Shown one piece after another: positions 53,265 through 63,400 of a stretch of 64,000 bases of DNA (positions are counted from its first letter, which is position 1; every line of letters starts with the position of its first letter). The stretch lies in NCBI GenBank assembly GCA_049472335.1, contig JBLIRO010000014.1:1-64000 (forward strand), written 5' to 3'. The notes beneath the pieces were generated by a model, which was not told the origin of the DNA, made no database searches, and was given only the letters and a program-made list of their open reading frames with translations. Position numbers and translations under genes: made by a program. Source of the DNA: a bacterium (GTDB lineage Bacteria; SZUA-182; DTGQ01; JAFGSM01).

Positions 53265-53501
53265 ATGCGTGCAACATTAAACATATCAGACGAACTCCTT
53301 GCCGAGGTGCAAAAAATTACCGGGGAAAAGTCCAAGACAAAGGCGATTACAATTGCCATGAAGGAATTCGTCAGGCAGAAAAAGATTAAGGAGTTGATTT
53401 CTCTAAGAGGAAAGATACAGATAGAAGATGTAACTGAAGAATTGGAAAGGCTTGAGATCGAGGAGATTGAAGAGAATGATAAAAGATGGCGTAATCGTTG
53501 A
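53265..53501 (+). CDS. vapB: VapB-type antitoxin (DUF2191-like)
   Basis: MRATLNISDELLAEVQKITGEKSKTKAI; AGGAGG RBS. Confidence 0.88.
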   Translation: MRATLNISDELLAEVQKITGEKSKTKAITIAMKEFVRQKKIKELISLRGKIQIEDVTEELERLEIEEIEENDKRWRNR

Positions 53502-53865
53502 CACGTCAGTTTTGATTGATTTTCTGAAAGGTTCTGAGAAATATGCTGAGGAAGTTACCAGCCTTCTTGTAAAGAACCGTGCAATAACTACAGGCATAAT
53601 AATAGCAGAGCTATTACAAGGCATTAAGAATCCAAAGGAAGAACAAAATATTTCTGAACTTATGACTTCAATAAATACTCTGGAAATATCCACCGAACTC
53701 TGGATAAAAGCAGGTAAGCTCTCATCCTCTTTAAGAAAAAAAGGTATTAGTCTGCCTCTGACGGATGTTACTATTGCAACTCTTGCATTAGAATATAATC
53801 TATACATCTTTACTATGGACAAACATTTCGAGAAGATACCAGGGATTCATCTATTTAACAACTGA
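53476..53865 (+). CDS. vapC: VapC PIN-domain toxin
   Basis: VIVDTSVLIDFL, AELLQG, TDVTIA, TMDKHF. Confidence 0.92.
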   Translation: MIKDGVIVDTSVLIDFLKGSEKYAEEVTSLLVKNRAITTGIIIAELLQGIKNPKEEQNISELMTSINTLEISTELWIKAGKLSSSLRKKGISLPLTDVTIATLALEYNLYIFTMDKHFEKIPGIHLFNN

Positions 53866-54132
53866 AGCCGTAACAATCCAAACTAATAAGCTAACTCCAT
53901 CATATTGTCCTTCGTAAAAATTCGTCCCTATTGAAATTATTGACTCTTTAAGATTTCATTGATTTAATTTTTAACCATTATGGAGACCATATGTATATTA
54001 ATTCTATGCATGTTTTGATGTTCAGTAAGCTGAATTCTCATCTCATTATTGAAAATCCTGCTCTTCTGCAACAGTTAATAAAATCAGTATTTCTATAACA
54101 TCTTGATATTGTTGAATGATGCCTTTTTGATA

Positions 54133-54447
54133 GGGCACAGGCCGGTTTTAAAGTTCCTGAAGTAGCATGGAAAGACCTTGAGGAAGTAACAGAGTATGCA
54201 AAGGATTCACCCTAGTATGCAGCTTTATTTGTTAAAATGGCTTGAAATATAGCTCGTTCACTATCAAATTTATCCGATCGTGGCCGAATAGTACCCGAAT
54301 TGTAATAATAAGAACATCCGTGAATTATTTGTAGGGAATTACCGTATGATTTATCAGATAAAAAATAAAGTTATATATGTTATTGGATTTATACATGGTG
54401 CATGTGATCTATGGACACTTTGGGAACGAGAGGACCGAAACACTTAA
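54133..54447 (+). pseudogene. RelE/ParE-family toxin pseudogene
   Basis: Reads VAWKDLEEVTEYAKDSP*YAALFV...GRIVPEL / NNKNIRELFVGNYRMIYQI...IGFIHGACDL, with in-frame stops and a frameshift. Confidence 0.75.
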
Positions 54448-54604
54448 CTTAATCTTATTCAAAATAATAGAAAAAAATGACAACCCCTTTAATGGGTGTA
54501 CTCATTTTTCTATTTCTATTCATGTCAGATGTCCCCTTGACAATTTTAAAAAGGTTTTAAAAAATTGATTAATAAGTAAGAATAGTAAACAACGTCCCCT
54601 TTCT

Positions 54605-54728
54605 TCCCCTTTCTGACAATGATATCTTTCTGAGCACATAGCAAGCACATGGGAAGATAGCTATATTCTGTCTTCAAATTGGTATAGCCATTAACTACAA
54701 ACCCATGATACAATATATTTGTGGACAT
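54605..54728 (-). mobile_element. ISL3-family transposase N-terminal remnant
   Basis: MSTNILYHGFVVNGYTNLKTEY...CLLCAQKDIIVRKG resembles ISL3 N-termini (MSTSLLYHxFGxxGY...CxxC..RxG) as recalled, not searched. Confidence 0.5.
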
Positions 54729-54752
54729 TAGGTCACACTTTTTTTTATTATG

Positions 54753-54790
54753 AATCCGTCCCCAATTTTTCAATCCGTCCCCAATTTTTC
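54753..54790 (+). repeat. 19-bp perfect tandem duplication AATCCGTCCCCAATTTTTC x2
   Basis: Read directly at 54753-54771 and 54772-54790. Confidence 0.9.
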
Positions 54791-54885
54791 CAACACAATT
54801 TTCCATTTTGCTTTGTTTAATTGTTGACTTTTTATCAGAAATTTATATAATGAAAGATGTAATATGAAAGGAGGAAAATATAAAT

Positions 54886-55101
54886 ATGAAAATAGGAGAA
54901 CGTGGGCAAATAACAATTCCTAAACCACTTCGAGAAAAATATGGTTTTTTCCCCAACATTGAAGTTGAATTTGTATCTGAAGAAACCGGAATTCGAATTC
55001 AAAAAAAGACATCTCATTCCAGTCCTCTAAAAGAAGTCTATGGTATTTTAAAAAAAAGAGAAAAAACTGATGATTATATTGAGGAGATTCGAGGAAGGTG
55101 A
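54886..55101 (+). CDS. AbrB/MazE-family antitoxin
   Basis: MKIGERGQITIPKPLREKYG; promoter TTGACT-16-TATAAT at 54824-54851. Confidence 0.9.
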   Translation: MKIGERGQITIPKPLREKYGFFPNIEVEFVSEETGIRIQKKTSHSSPLKEVYGILKKREKTDDYIEEIRGR

Positions 55102-55496
55102 TTACTTTTGTTGACACAAATGTATTACTTGATGTCTTTTTACCTGATCCTGAATTTGGAGGAAAATCTCTGGAAGCTATTGAAAAAGCATATAATGAAG
55201 GATCTCTCATCATAAATAATATTATATATGCAGAGTTAGCACCACAGTTCGATAATAAGGAATTTCTGGACAATACACTTGTTAAATTAGGTATCAGAAT
55301 AATACCTATTGATCAAAAGGTTGCCTATACTGCAGGGATGACCTGGAAGCAATATAGAAACTCAGGTGGATCACGCAAAAGGATATTAACCGATTTTTTA
55401 ATTGGAGCCCATGCCCAGATTCATTCTGAAAGGCTTCTCTCAAGAGATCGCGGTTTCTATAAAAAATATTTTGGCAATTTGAATGTTATCTATTAA
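55098..55496 (+). CDS. vapC: VapC PIN-domain toxin
   Basis: FVDTNVLLDVF, IYAEL, DFLIGAHA, RDRGFY; GTG start overlapping the antitoxin stop. Confidence 0.92.
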   Translation: MITFVDTNVLLDVFLPDPEFGGKSLEAIEKAYNEGSLIINNIIYAELAPQFDNKEFLDNTLVKLGIRIIPIDQKVAYTAGMTWKQYRNSGGSRKRILTDFLIGAHAQIHSERLLSRDRGFYKKYFGNLNVIY

Positions 55497-56061
55497 CTTC
55501 CTTTCAATCCCCCAACTATATATTGACTTCTCTTCTTACAAATAGCACTTACACCGGATTTAATTAATTTAATGCCGTTCTAATAGTCGATCCTGACAAA
55601 CTCATTTTTTTATAATTTAAGAGCCAGCAAAAAAAGTTTTAATGATAAATGTACTTTAGCAGACTTTTAATAAAAAGAGTAAAAATACTGAAGCTCTCTC
55701 AGAAGCTTTTTTGAAGCTTCTTTTTTCCCCTAAAAATAAATCTGTCCCCTTTTTGCTTTTTGGCTTTCTGTGGCCTTGAAATTACTTGTGGTATTTATAG
55801 CCATTGTGACACCCTCCTTATGCTTTTGCTATTTTTAATATAATATTTTTTGCACTGATATTTTATGTTTAGGTGTAATTTGAAAATAAATTAAAGATAA
55901 TTAAATAGGTAATAAGTGAACTAAAACTACAAGTTTACAAAAAAGGATTTTTGAATTCTCATATTTTTTATATTTATCTCTATAAGAATCCTTACCTTGT
56001 AAAATTTACAAATTTTCTTTTAAAGAAATCTTTCTCGTAATCCTGATTAATTTAATAATCA

Positions 56062-57267
56062 TTACATCGAATCAGTGTTAATCTTTATGCAAAACAACCT
56101 ATCTCCTATAATCAGAAACATAGAGGCCCCATTCTCATCCATTATACAAGACACTTTTCCCTTTATATTTCTTTTTTCTGAAAAGTCTTTAGAATCCCAA
56201 AGGATGGTGCCATCTTCGGCTGCGATCAATTGTGAATCATTTTTTTCGTGATTTATCAAAATATAGTTACCTTTTTTTTGGATGAAGCTGATCAATTTGC
56301 TTGAAACAGACCAAGATATTTTACCTGTTTGTTTATCTATAGAAATAAGTGAATATTTTGTGTCAAATGCACCGAATATTTTACCTCTATGTTTTCCATA
56401 GGCATATAGGTTATTGTCTTCACATTTAATGGGAAACAGAAAATCTTCCATGACATTCCAGATCTTTTCGCCTGTTGTCAAATCAAAACAGACTATTTGG
56501 TCCTTTGTATCCTTTTTTATGCGGAGAAACAATCTTTGTTTATCAATACAATAAACACTGTCTGGTTTTATTATTTGAGAGGTGACCGGTTCGGGTAAAG
56601 GCGAGTTTGCTTCTTCCCCTGATTTAGCATCGATAACCTTAAAGAAATCTCCTCCTACCTTCCAGTATATCAGATTATCAATCAGGTCCATTTTTACCGG
56701 GGCATAACGCCAACCGAGTGATATCTCCCATCGCTTTTCACCGGTTTCAGCATTCAATGCAAGCAGCCTTGATGCGCCAAGAGGTATAAAAACATCTTTT
56801 TGTGAAGTAGCAATTTCACTTGTTAATAGCTCAGCCCTGTTAAAAATAAATGGAAAATGTTTTGATAGAATTAAAACCTTTCCCTTAAATGTCCATTCGA
56901 TATTGCCGGATGTCCTGTTTAAGGTAAAGACATTACCTCTGTAAGAGCTATTGGTTTGAACAAAGATTCTTTGTCCGTCGCTTGTTAATGGAAGCACATC
57001 TTTATAGTAAGGAAGTGATGTCTGCCAGATTTGTTCCCCATTGATTAGATTTATCGCCAAGACCTGAATCTGATTATTACCATAAAAGGTCATATAACAT
57101 TGATTATTCTCGATTAGAGGATATCCCGCCTCTTTCCCCCCTATTGATTTTTCCCATTTAGTAGTTGTTTTCAAATCGGTTTTTTCAGCAGCCACACCTT
57201 TGCCTTTCATTCCAATCCCAAGAATTATTAATGTCCATAAAACTATACGAAATCCTTTTTTCATCAT
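56062..57267 (-). CDS. Secreted PQQ-type (BamB-like) beta-propeller; candidate RHS immunity protein
   Basis: Signal peptide; repeated A.D..TG...W blades; immediately downstream of the RHS gene. Confidence 0.75.
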   Translation of the reverse strand: MMKKGFRIVLWTLIILGIGMKGKGVAAEKTDLKTTTKWEKSIGGKEAGYPLIENNQCYMTFYGNNQIQVLAINLINGEQIWQTSLPYYKDVLPLTSDGQRIFVQTNSSYRGNVFTLNRTSGNIEWTFKGKVLILSKHFPFIFNRAELLTSEIATSQKDVFIPLGASRLLALNAETGEKRWEISLGWRYAPVKMDLIDNLIYWKVGGDFFKVIDAKSGEEANSPLPEPVTSQIIKPDSVYCIDKQRLFLRIKKDTKDQIVCFDLTTGEKIWNVMEDFLFPIKCEDNNLYAYGKHRGKIFGAFDTKYSLISIDKQTGKISWSVSSKLISFIQKKGNYILINHEKNDSQLIAAEDGTILWDSKDFSEKRNIKGKVSCIMDENGASMFLIIGDRLFCIKINTDSM

Positions 57268-57416
57268 TTAAAATTCAAATGTTATTTCATCTGCCTAATT
57301 AATAAAGACATAGAACGCTTCCAGGAGTCAAGAATTATATGTAATATATTCAAAGGATCAAACAAAATTCTAAATTAATGACTCTTAATGAATCTATCAG
57401 ATTTTGTTTATTATTT

Positions 57417-60400
57417 TTATTTTCGCCAAGCCTGCCGGCTTCTAAGTTCCGGTCCTTCAAGCCATTTAGTAAATGGCCATATATATCCCATAGTGGCGCC
57501 TACAACTGTTGAGGCTGCATTTCGGCCTAAATAACCACCAATTATTGCACCCAGGGCTGTTGCATAACCAACCATGGGCCACATTGTGGAGTAGCTTCGA
57601 ACGCTTAATGGTCTAGCCCAATTTCTTACGCCACTAATACCAAAACCGCTGCTCCCTATAATCTGACGAGAGTAAACCAGCCCCCAATAATTACCACTTG
57701 GTGATCCGGTTCCAAAGAAAAATCCAACCTGGATACGTTCACCAATTCCAAACGCATTACTGGGCCCTGCATAATGGCCTAATAAATTATGAAGCCGGTA
57801 TACGAAAGCTACATATCGAACCACATTCCAGCTTGCTGATATCGATGCCCCAAATCCACCATAAAAGAAAAAGCCTTCTTCTGAAGATCCCACATTCAAA
57901 ACCCATTCTATTCCAGCCTGACCGCCATAACCAAAAGGAAGCCGCCCTGAAAATTTGGGGATCCTTCTGAGCAAATGAACTGACCCGGCGGCACCTAATA
58001 TTATTCCATCCGGAAGAAGCTTTCCAATTGCTTTATATGCACGCCCAATAAAAGATCCCGGCCATGTAATCGCAATCAGATTTATAATGCTGATAACGGC
58101 AATAGATATCATTACGCCGCATATGCCAAAATTTCCACTTGGATCGATATAATTCACAGGATTATTCTTTGTATAAACGTAAAGATGCAGGCTTGGAGGA
58201 TCATAAATTGAACCGGGAAAGGGTTCCATTGGATCAGATGTCAGGAATCGCCCTGTTGCCTGGTTGTAGTATCTGGCCCTCAAATAGTAGAATCCAATAT
58301 TAACATCATACTGCTCTCCGGTATACAGGTAATTATTATCCGTTACTCCTGTCCTATTTAATATAACCCCGAATGCATCATAGATGTAAGTATCTGTAAT
58401 AGTTTCAGAGAAATCAGTAAGCTCCCTGGTATTACCATTTCCATCATAGTGGTAGAAATACTGAATTGATCCCCTTTTCATACTGATTAAGTCATCCCCG
58501 TGTACATAACCTGCAATCAAAGAAGAGCCTGCATCTGTTTCTTCCAACACCTGAGCATATGCACGATTTTTATCTACAAGGTAACTGGTTACTGCACCAT
58601 TTACTGTTGAACTTACCTTTATGCCGTCAGAATCATAGATATAACTGATTAAGGATGTTGGTGTGTTAACTTCAACAGGTCTATTCTCATAGTCATAGCT
58701 ATAGGTTGTAATATTCGAACCTTCTGTTTTAGTGATTGTATTTCCATTATTGTCATACGTATAGGTTGTTCCATTTTCACTCAGGAGCCTGTCATTATTA
58801 TCATAAGTATAATTAATGGTTCCATCTACCGAATCAGATTTTGTCAAACGATTCCCTACAGGATCATATGAATATGAGATTAAACGATCGCCATGGACAG
58901 GATCGGTAATCTTTTCCTTCGTCAGGCGATAAAGGGCATCATAAGTATATTCAACCGTTCTGCCTGTATGTTCCTGGACAATAATCCTGTTTCCTACAGG
59001 GCCCAGAGTATAATTGTAGCTTGATAGTATTGAATCATCAGACCTTTTATTTTCGAGCCTGATCAACCTGTTTAAAATATCATATGTATACAAGGCCTTT
59101 GTACCATTGGGGTATTGAACATTTATCCTGTTGCCGAGCTTATCATATGAATACGTGGTAACACCTAAGTCGGGATCTGTAACTGTTTTTAATCGATTCA
59201 GCGAATCATAAGAATACATAGTAGTATCGGAAGGTGTTGTAACGGATGCCCTGTTCCCGGCTGCATCATATGTGTAAGAGATTGTTGTGCCGTCAGGATC
59301 AGTCCTTTTAATCAATCTGTTAAGTAAATCATACTCATAGGTCGTAAGCCCTCGAGAATCAAGCTCAGAAATTTTCTGACCGGATGAATTATAAATATAA
59401 GACACACTTGAGCCATCAGGATAGATTTTTTGTAAAATGCGATTGTTATCATCATAAGTATAAGTCGTAGTATTGCCGTTAAAATCAGTCTTTGATAGTA
59501 TGTTCCCAACAGCATCATATTCCGTTATCTCGACCATTCCAAGGGGCATGATCTTTTTGGTGACTCTACCCAGTTTATCATATTCCCACATAGTGGAATT
59601 TCCGTTGGCATCTGTCTGGGATATCTTATTTCCCAATTCATCATATTCATAGGTTGTTATATTGCCCAAAGCATCTGTAACACTGATGAGCTGTCCTTTG
59701 GCATCATAATCAAAATTGGTCGTATTGCCTGCCTGATCCGTCTCAGAGGTCTTCCAGCCAATTTCATTATATGTGGTGGTTGTAAAAGTCCCATCCGGGA
59801 AGATAGTTTTTATGAGACGATTGTTTTTATCATATTCATAAACATAAGTATTTCCATTTGCATCGGTCATAGTGATCTGATTGCCATTTGCATCATAAGT
59901 ATAGTTAGTAACATTGCCATAGGGATCAATAATAGATGTGCGATGGCCCGCAGCGTCATAGGTATAAGAGGTGGTATTTCCGCGTGTATCTGTCTGGGTT
60001 GTTGTCCTGCCAGCGGCATCATAAGTGCCTGTAGTTGATGATCCGTCAGGATAAATTGTCTTTATGATCCTCCCAAGGGCATCATAGATATATTGTGTAG
60101 TTCTTCCAGCTCTGTCTGTTGAAGAAATCTTTCTTCCCTCTGCATCATATGTTGAAGTTTCCGCAGTGCCATCCGGATATGTGATCTTTTCAATGTTACC
60201 CCTGCCGTCATATTCATAATCAGCCCTGTTGCCGTTTTGATCTATAGTTGCAGATCGTTTTCCTACAGCATTATACTCAGTAATTGTACTATTGCCATAA
60301 GGATCTGTATTCTTTATCAAGCGGTTCATACTATCATATTCGCTCTGAACAGAAATGGTTTCAGTACCGGATGATGTAGTACGGGTAAAGGTCTTGGTAA

Positions 60401-63400
60401 GCTCGTTCCCATTGTTATCATAGGTAAATGTAGTGATATTTCCTAGTGGGTCTGTTTGTGAAGTCATATTGCCTGATGCATCATAGGAATATCCTGTGAC
60501 ATTACCCAATGGATCAGTACCGCTTGACAAATTGCCACCTGCATCATAAGTATTTGTAAGCACATTACCTATGGGGTCAGTAATAGAGAGAAGATTTCCC
60601 TTGGCATCATAAGTATTTGTTGTTATGTTCCCCATTGGATCCGTAATTGTAAGGGGCCTGCCTTTTGCATTGTAAGTATAACTCGTAGTATTGCCGAGGG
60701 GATCGGTCTTAGTGAGCATATTGTCTTTGGCATCGTATGTATAGGTTGTGGTATTCCCGAGAGGATCAGTTTCGGAGAGTGTATTCCCTCTTGCATCATA
60801 GGTATATGTTGTTATATTACCTAAGGCATCGGTCTTTTTGGTAACATTGCCTTCATCATCATACTCAAAGACAGTGATATTACCAAGCCGGTCACTTACT
60901 ATTTCCTGACGGTTGTCGGGATCATGGTTATATTCAATACGGTTTCCTTCTGCATCGATATGGGCAATAAGGCTGCCGTCATAGTCATATTCGTTCCTCA
61001 TGGGCCTGTTTCCTGTAGGATCGAAGATATCCACCAGGCCATGATTGCTGTTATAGGTATATTGAGAAGTATTACCTTCCTGGTCGGTGAAGGCGACAAG
61101 GTCGCTTCTGACATCATATTCATAGAGGAGACTATTCCCCATGGGATCCGCAATCTCGGTGATCCGTCCCTGAGCGTCGCGGGTGAAATTTACACTCTTA
61201 CCTGTAGAATGGATGATGCCGTTATAGGTGATATCAAGGGAATTGCTGTTGTTATCTGTAACCCTCTTTAATCCTTCTGTTTGATCAATGATATACACAG
61301 TTCCGTCTATGGTGGTCAGTTGGTAACGATTGGGATTGTAAATCTCAAAGTCCCAGTTCAAGACCTGAGATCCGTCAAAATACATGGGAGAATCATCAAG
61401 GGCTGTCAGAGAGCCGTTTGTCCCTGGACGGGGTGAATAGACTGCGGAATTTAACCATTGAATAGGATATAAAGTTTGCGATTCAGGTGTAAATTTGCAG
61501 TCAAACTCCAGGGTCTGTCCGTCGGGAAGGGTTATGCTTACGTAATGTTCACCATCAGGCCGGAGATAGTATGTTTTGATCAATCCTCCTGATGCTTGTT
61601 GATACCATCCTTTACCCAGCTCACGGTTTTCTTCCACCTTTGTGGTCCTGATATCTATGTTCCAGCCGTAACCAAAATCACCTTTGTAATGCCTGATTCG
61701 GCTGTCATAGGTCCGATAGATTGTGATGGGAATGCCTGCTACGGGGATCTCCAGATCTTTAAAGGTCACGGTAAAGTTTCCTACTTTTAGGTCACCTGTG
61801 ATCCGGTAGGTTACCATGACCGAATTCGTCAGGCCATTTACATCAACAGCGCTTAATCTTATGTCATAGAGGCCGTTAACAAGCAGGGAAGGATTGAGGG
61901 TGCCAAGGACATCCTCTAAGACCTCTGTATTGCCTTTATAAAACTTTACGAAATTATTCTTATCTTTTTCCGAGTATTCCAGGGTATAGCTGACCAGGTT
62001 CTCATCGCTTGCTGTTCCTCTCAGATCCGTAGGTGCTGTTAATTCGGAATCCGTTGCTGGGGTTGATATGCTGACCTCTGGAGGTGTTGTATCGCTGGGA
62101 TCACGCACCCCAAATAAGGCAATTAAGGTATCGCAGTTTCCGGAGGTATCGCATACGGTGGCCTGGATCTCATGCACCCCTATGGTGGCAGCGGTGTAAG
62201 TGGCACTGTTTCCTATCAGTGGAATGTCTATCCCGTCCACCTGTAATTCATAGGACCCGATAGCTTCGTTATCTATGGCATCAATGGCTATGGTAGCGGT
62301 TTCTCCGGGATTGAGAATGAGAGGGGCTATCTGGATTTCGGAGATCCTTGGCGGGGTGAAATCTGTTATTTCTTCTACAGTCAGGCTATATTCCTGTGTA
62401 TCAGAGGCAGCAGAAGGATCGGTGACTTTTACTTTTATGGTATGGTCTCCTATATCTGAGCTGCCTGGGGTCCATTCAATGAGACCGGATGCACTATCTA
62501 TGGTCATACCAGGCGGAGCGATTTCAAGAGTAAATGTTAGTGGATCTTCATCGATGTCAAAGGCTTCGACATCATAAGAATAGACAATGTTCTCTTTGGC
62601 AGTGAGTGTGGGTGTAGAGGTGATCTGAGGGGGATCATTAGTATTCTGCACAGTGATTGTAAAAGACTGTGTATCGATGCCGCCTCTTCCGTCCTGCACC
62701 TGGACGGTGACGTTATTGTCTCCCACATGGTCCTGTAATGGTGTCCACTGGATCAATCCTGTGACACTGTCAATGCTCATGCCGGAGGGAGCTTCTGTGA
62801 GGCTATAGGTTAATATGTCTCCATCCGGATCGTTGGCTTCTACATCATAGTTGTATGGGAAGTCTTCATTGGCTGAGGTAATTGGCGATGAGGTGATTGT
62901 GGGTATCGTATTACACAGATCAAAGGTGGCTGATGCCTTGTTGTTTTCCTCATCTATTTCCAGTACCCTGCCAAAACCTGTGCCGTCATCGTCCGCTACG
63001 ACGTATAAGGTATGTGTTTTGTAAAGTGAAGAGGTGTTTATATAGGAGATGTCTGTATATTCTCCGGGATTCAGTTGAATATCAACTGTTTTAGTTCCAA
63101 GAAGGGTGCCTCCGCTGTCAGGGTCCCCATCATAGAAGGCGACCTTTAGGCCGGGAGCCGTATGCAGGGCGCCACCGTTACCGATGCGGGCGATTATTTC
63201 CACATCCGGACAATTGCTTAGGTTCACCCGGATATAGGAGGCGATGAGGTCGATGCAGCCAAAGGGCTGGATCATCTGGTTCTGTCGGAAGTTGTTATAG
63301 ATCTCCCAGTTGTTTGCTTCATACTGTGGAATGGAGCCGTCGTCGTTGATATTTGTAATATGGTAGGCGTGCTGGTTCCAGATCTTTCGGGTATTGATCC

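Noticed and set aside
53990..54120. Possible RAYT/Y1 transposase relic (…VLM…NSHLIIENP)
   Set aside because: Too short and degenerate to support without a search.
54753..54790. Mini-CRISPR
   Set aside because: Two adjacent copies with no spacer and no cas genes.
59400..61100. Periodic nucleotide repeats resembling an array
   Set aside because: These are coding YD/RHS repeats (TDPLGNTTTYTYDA), not CRISPR.
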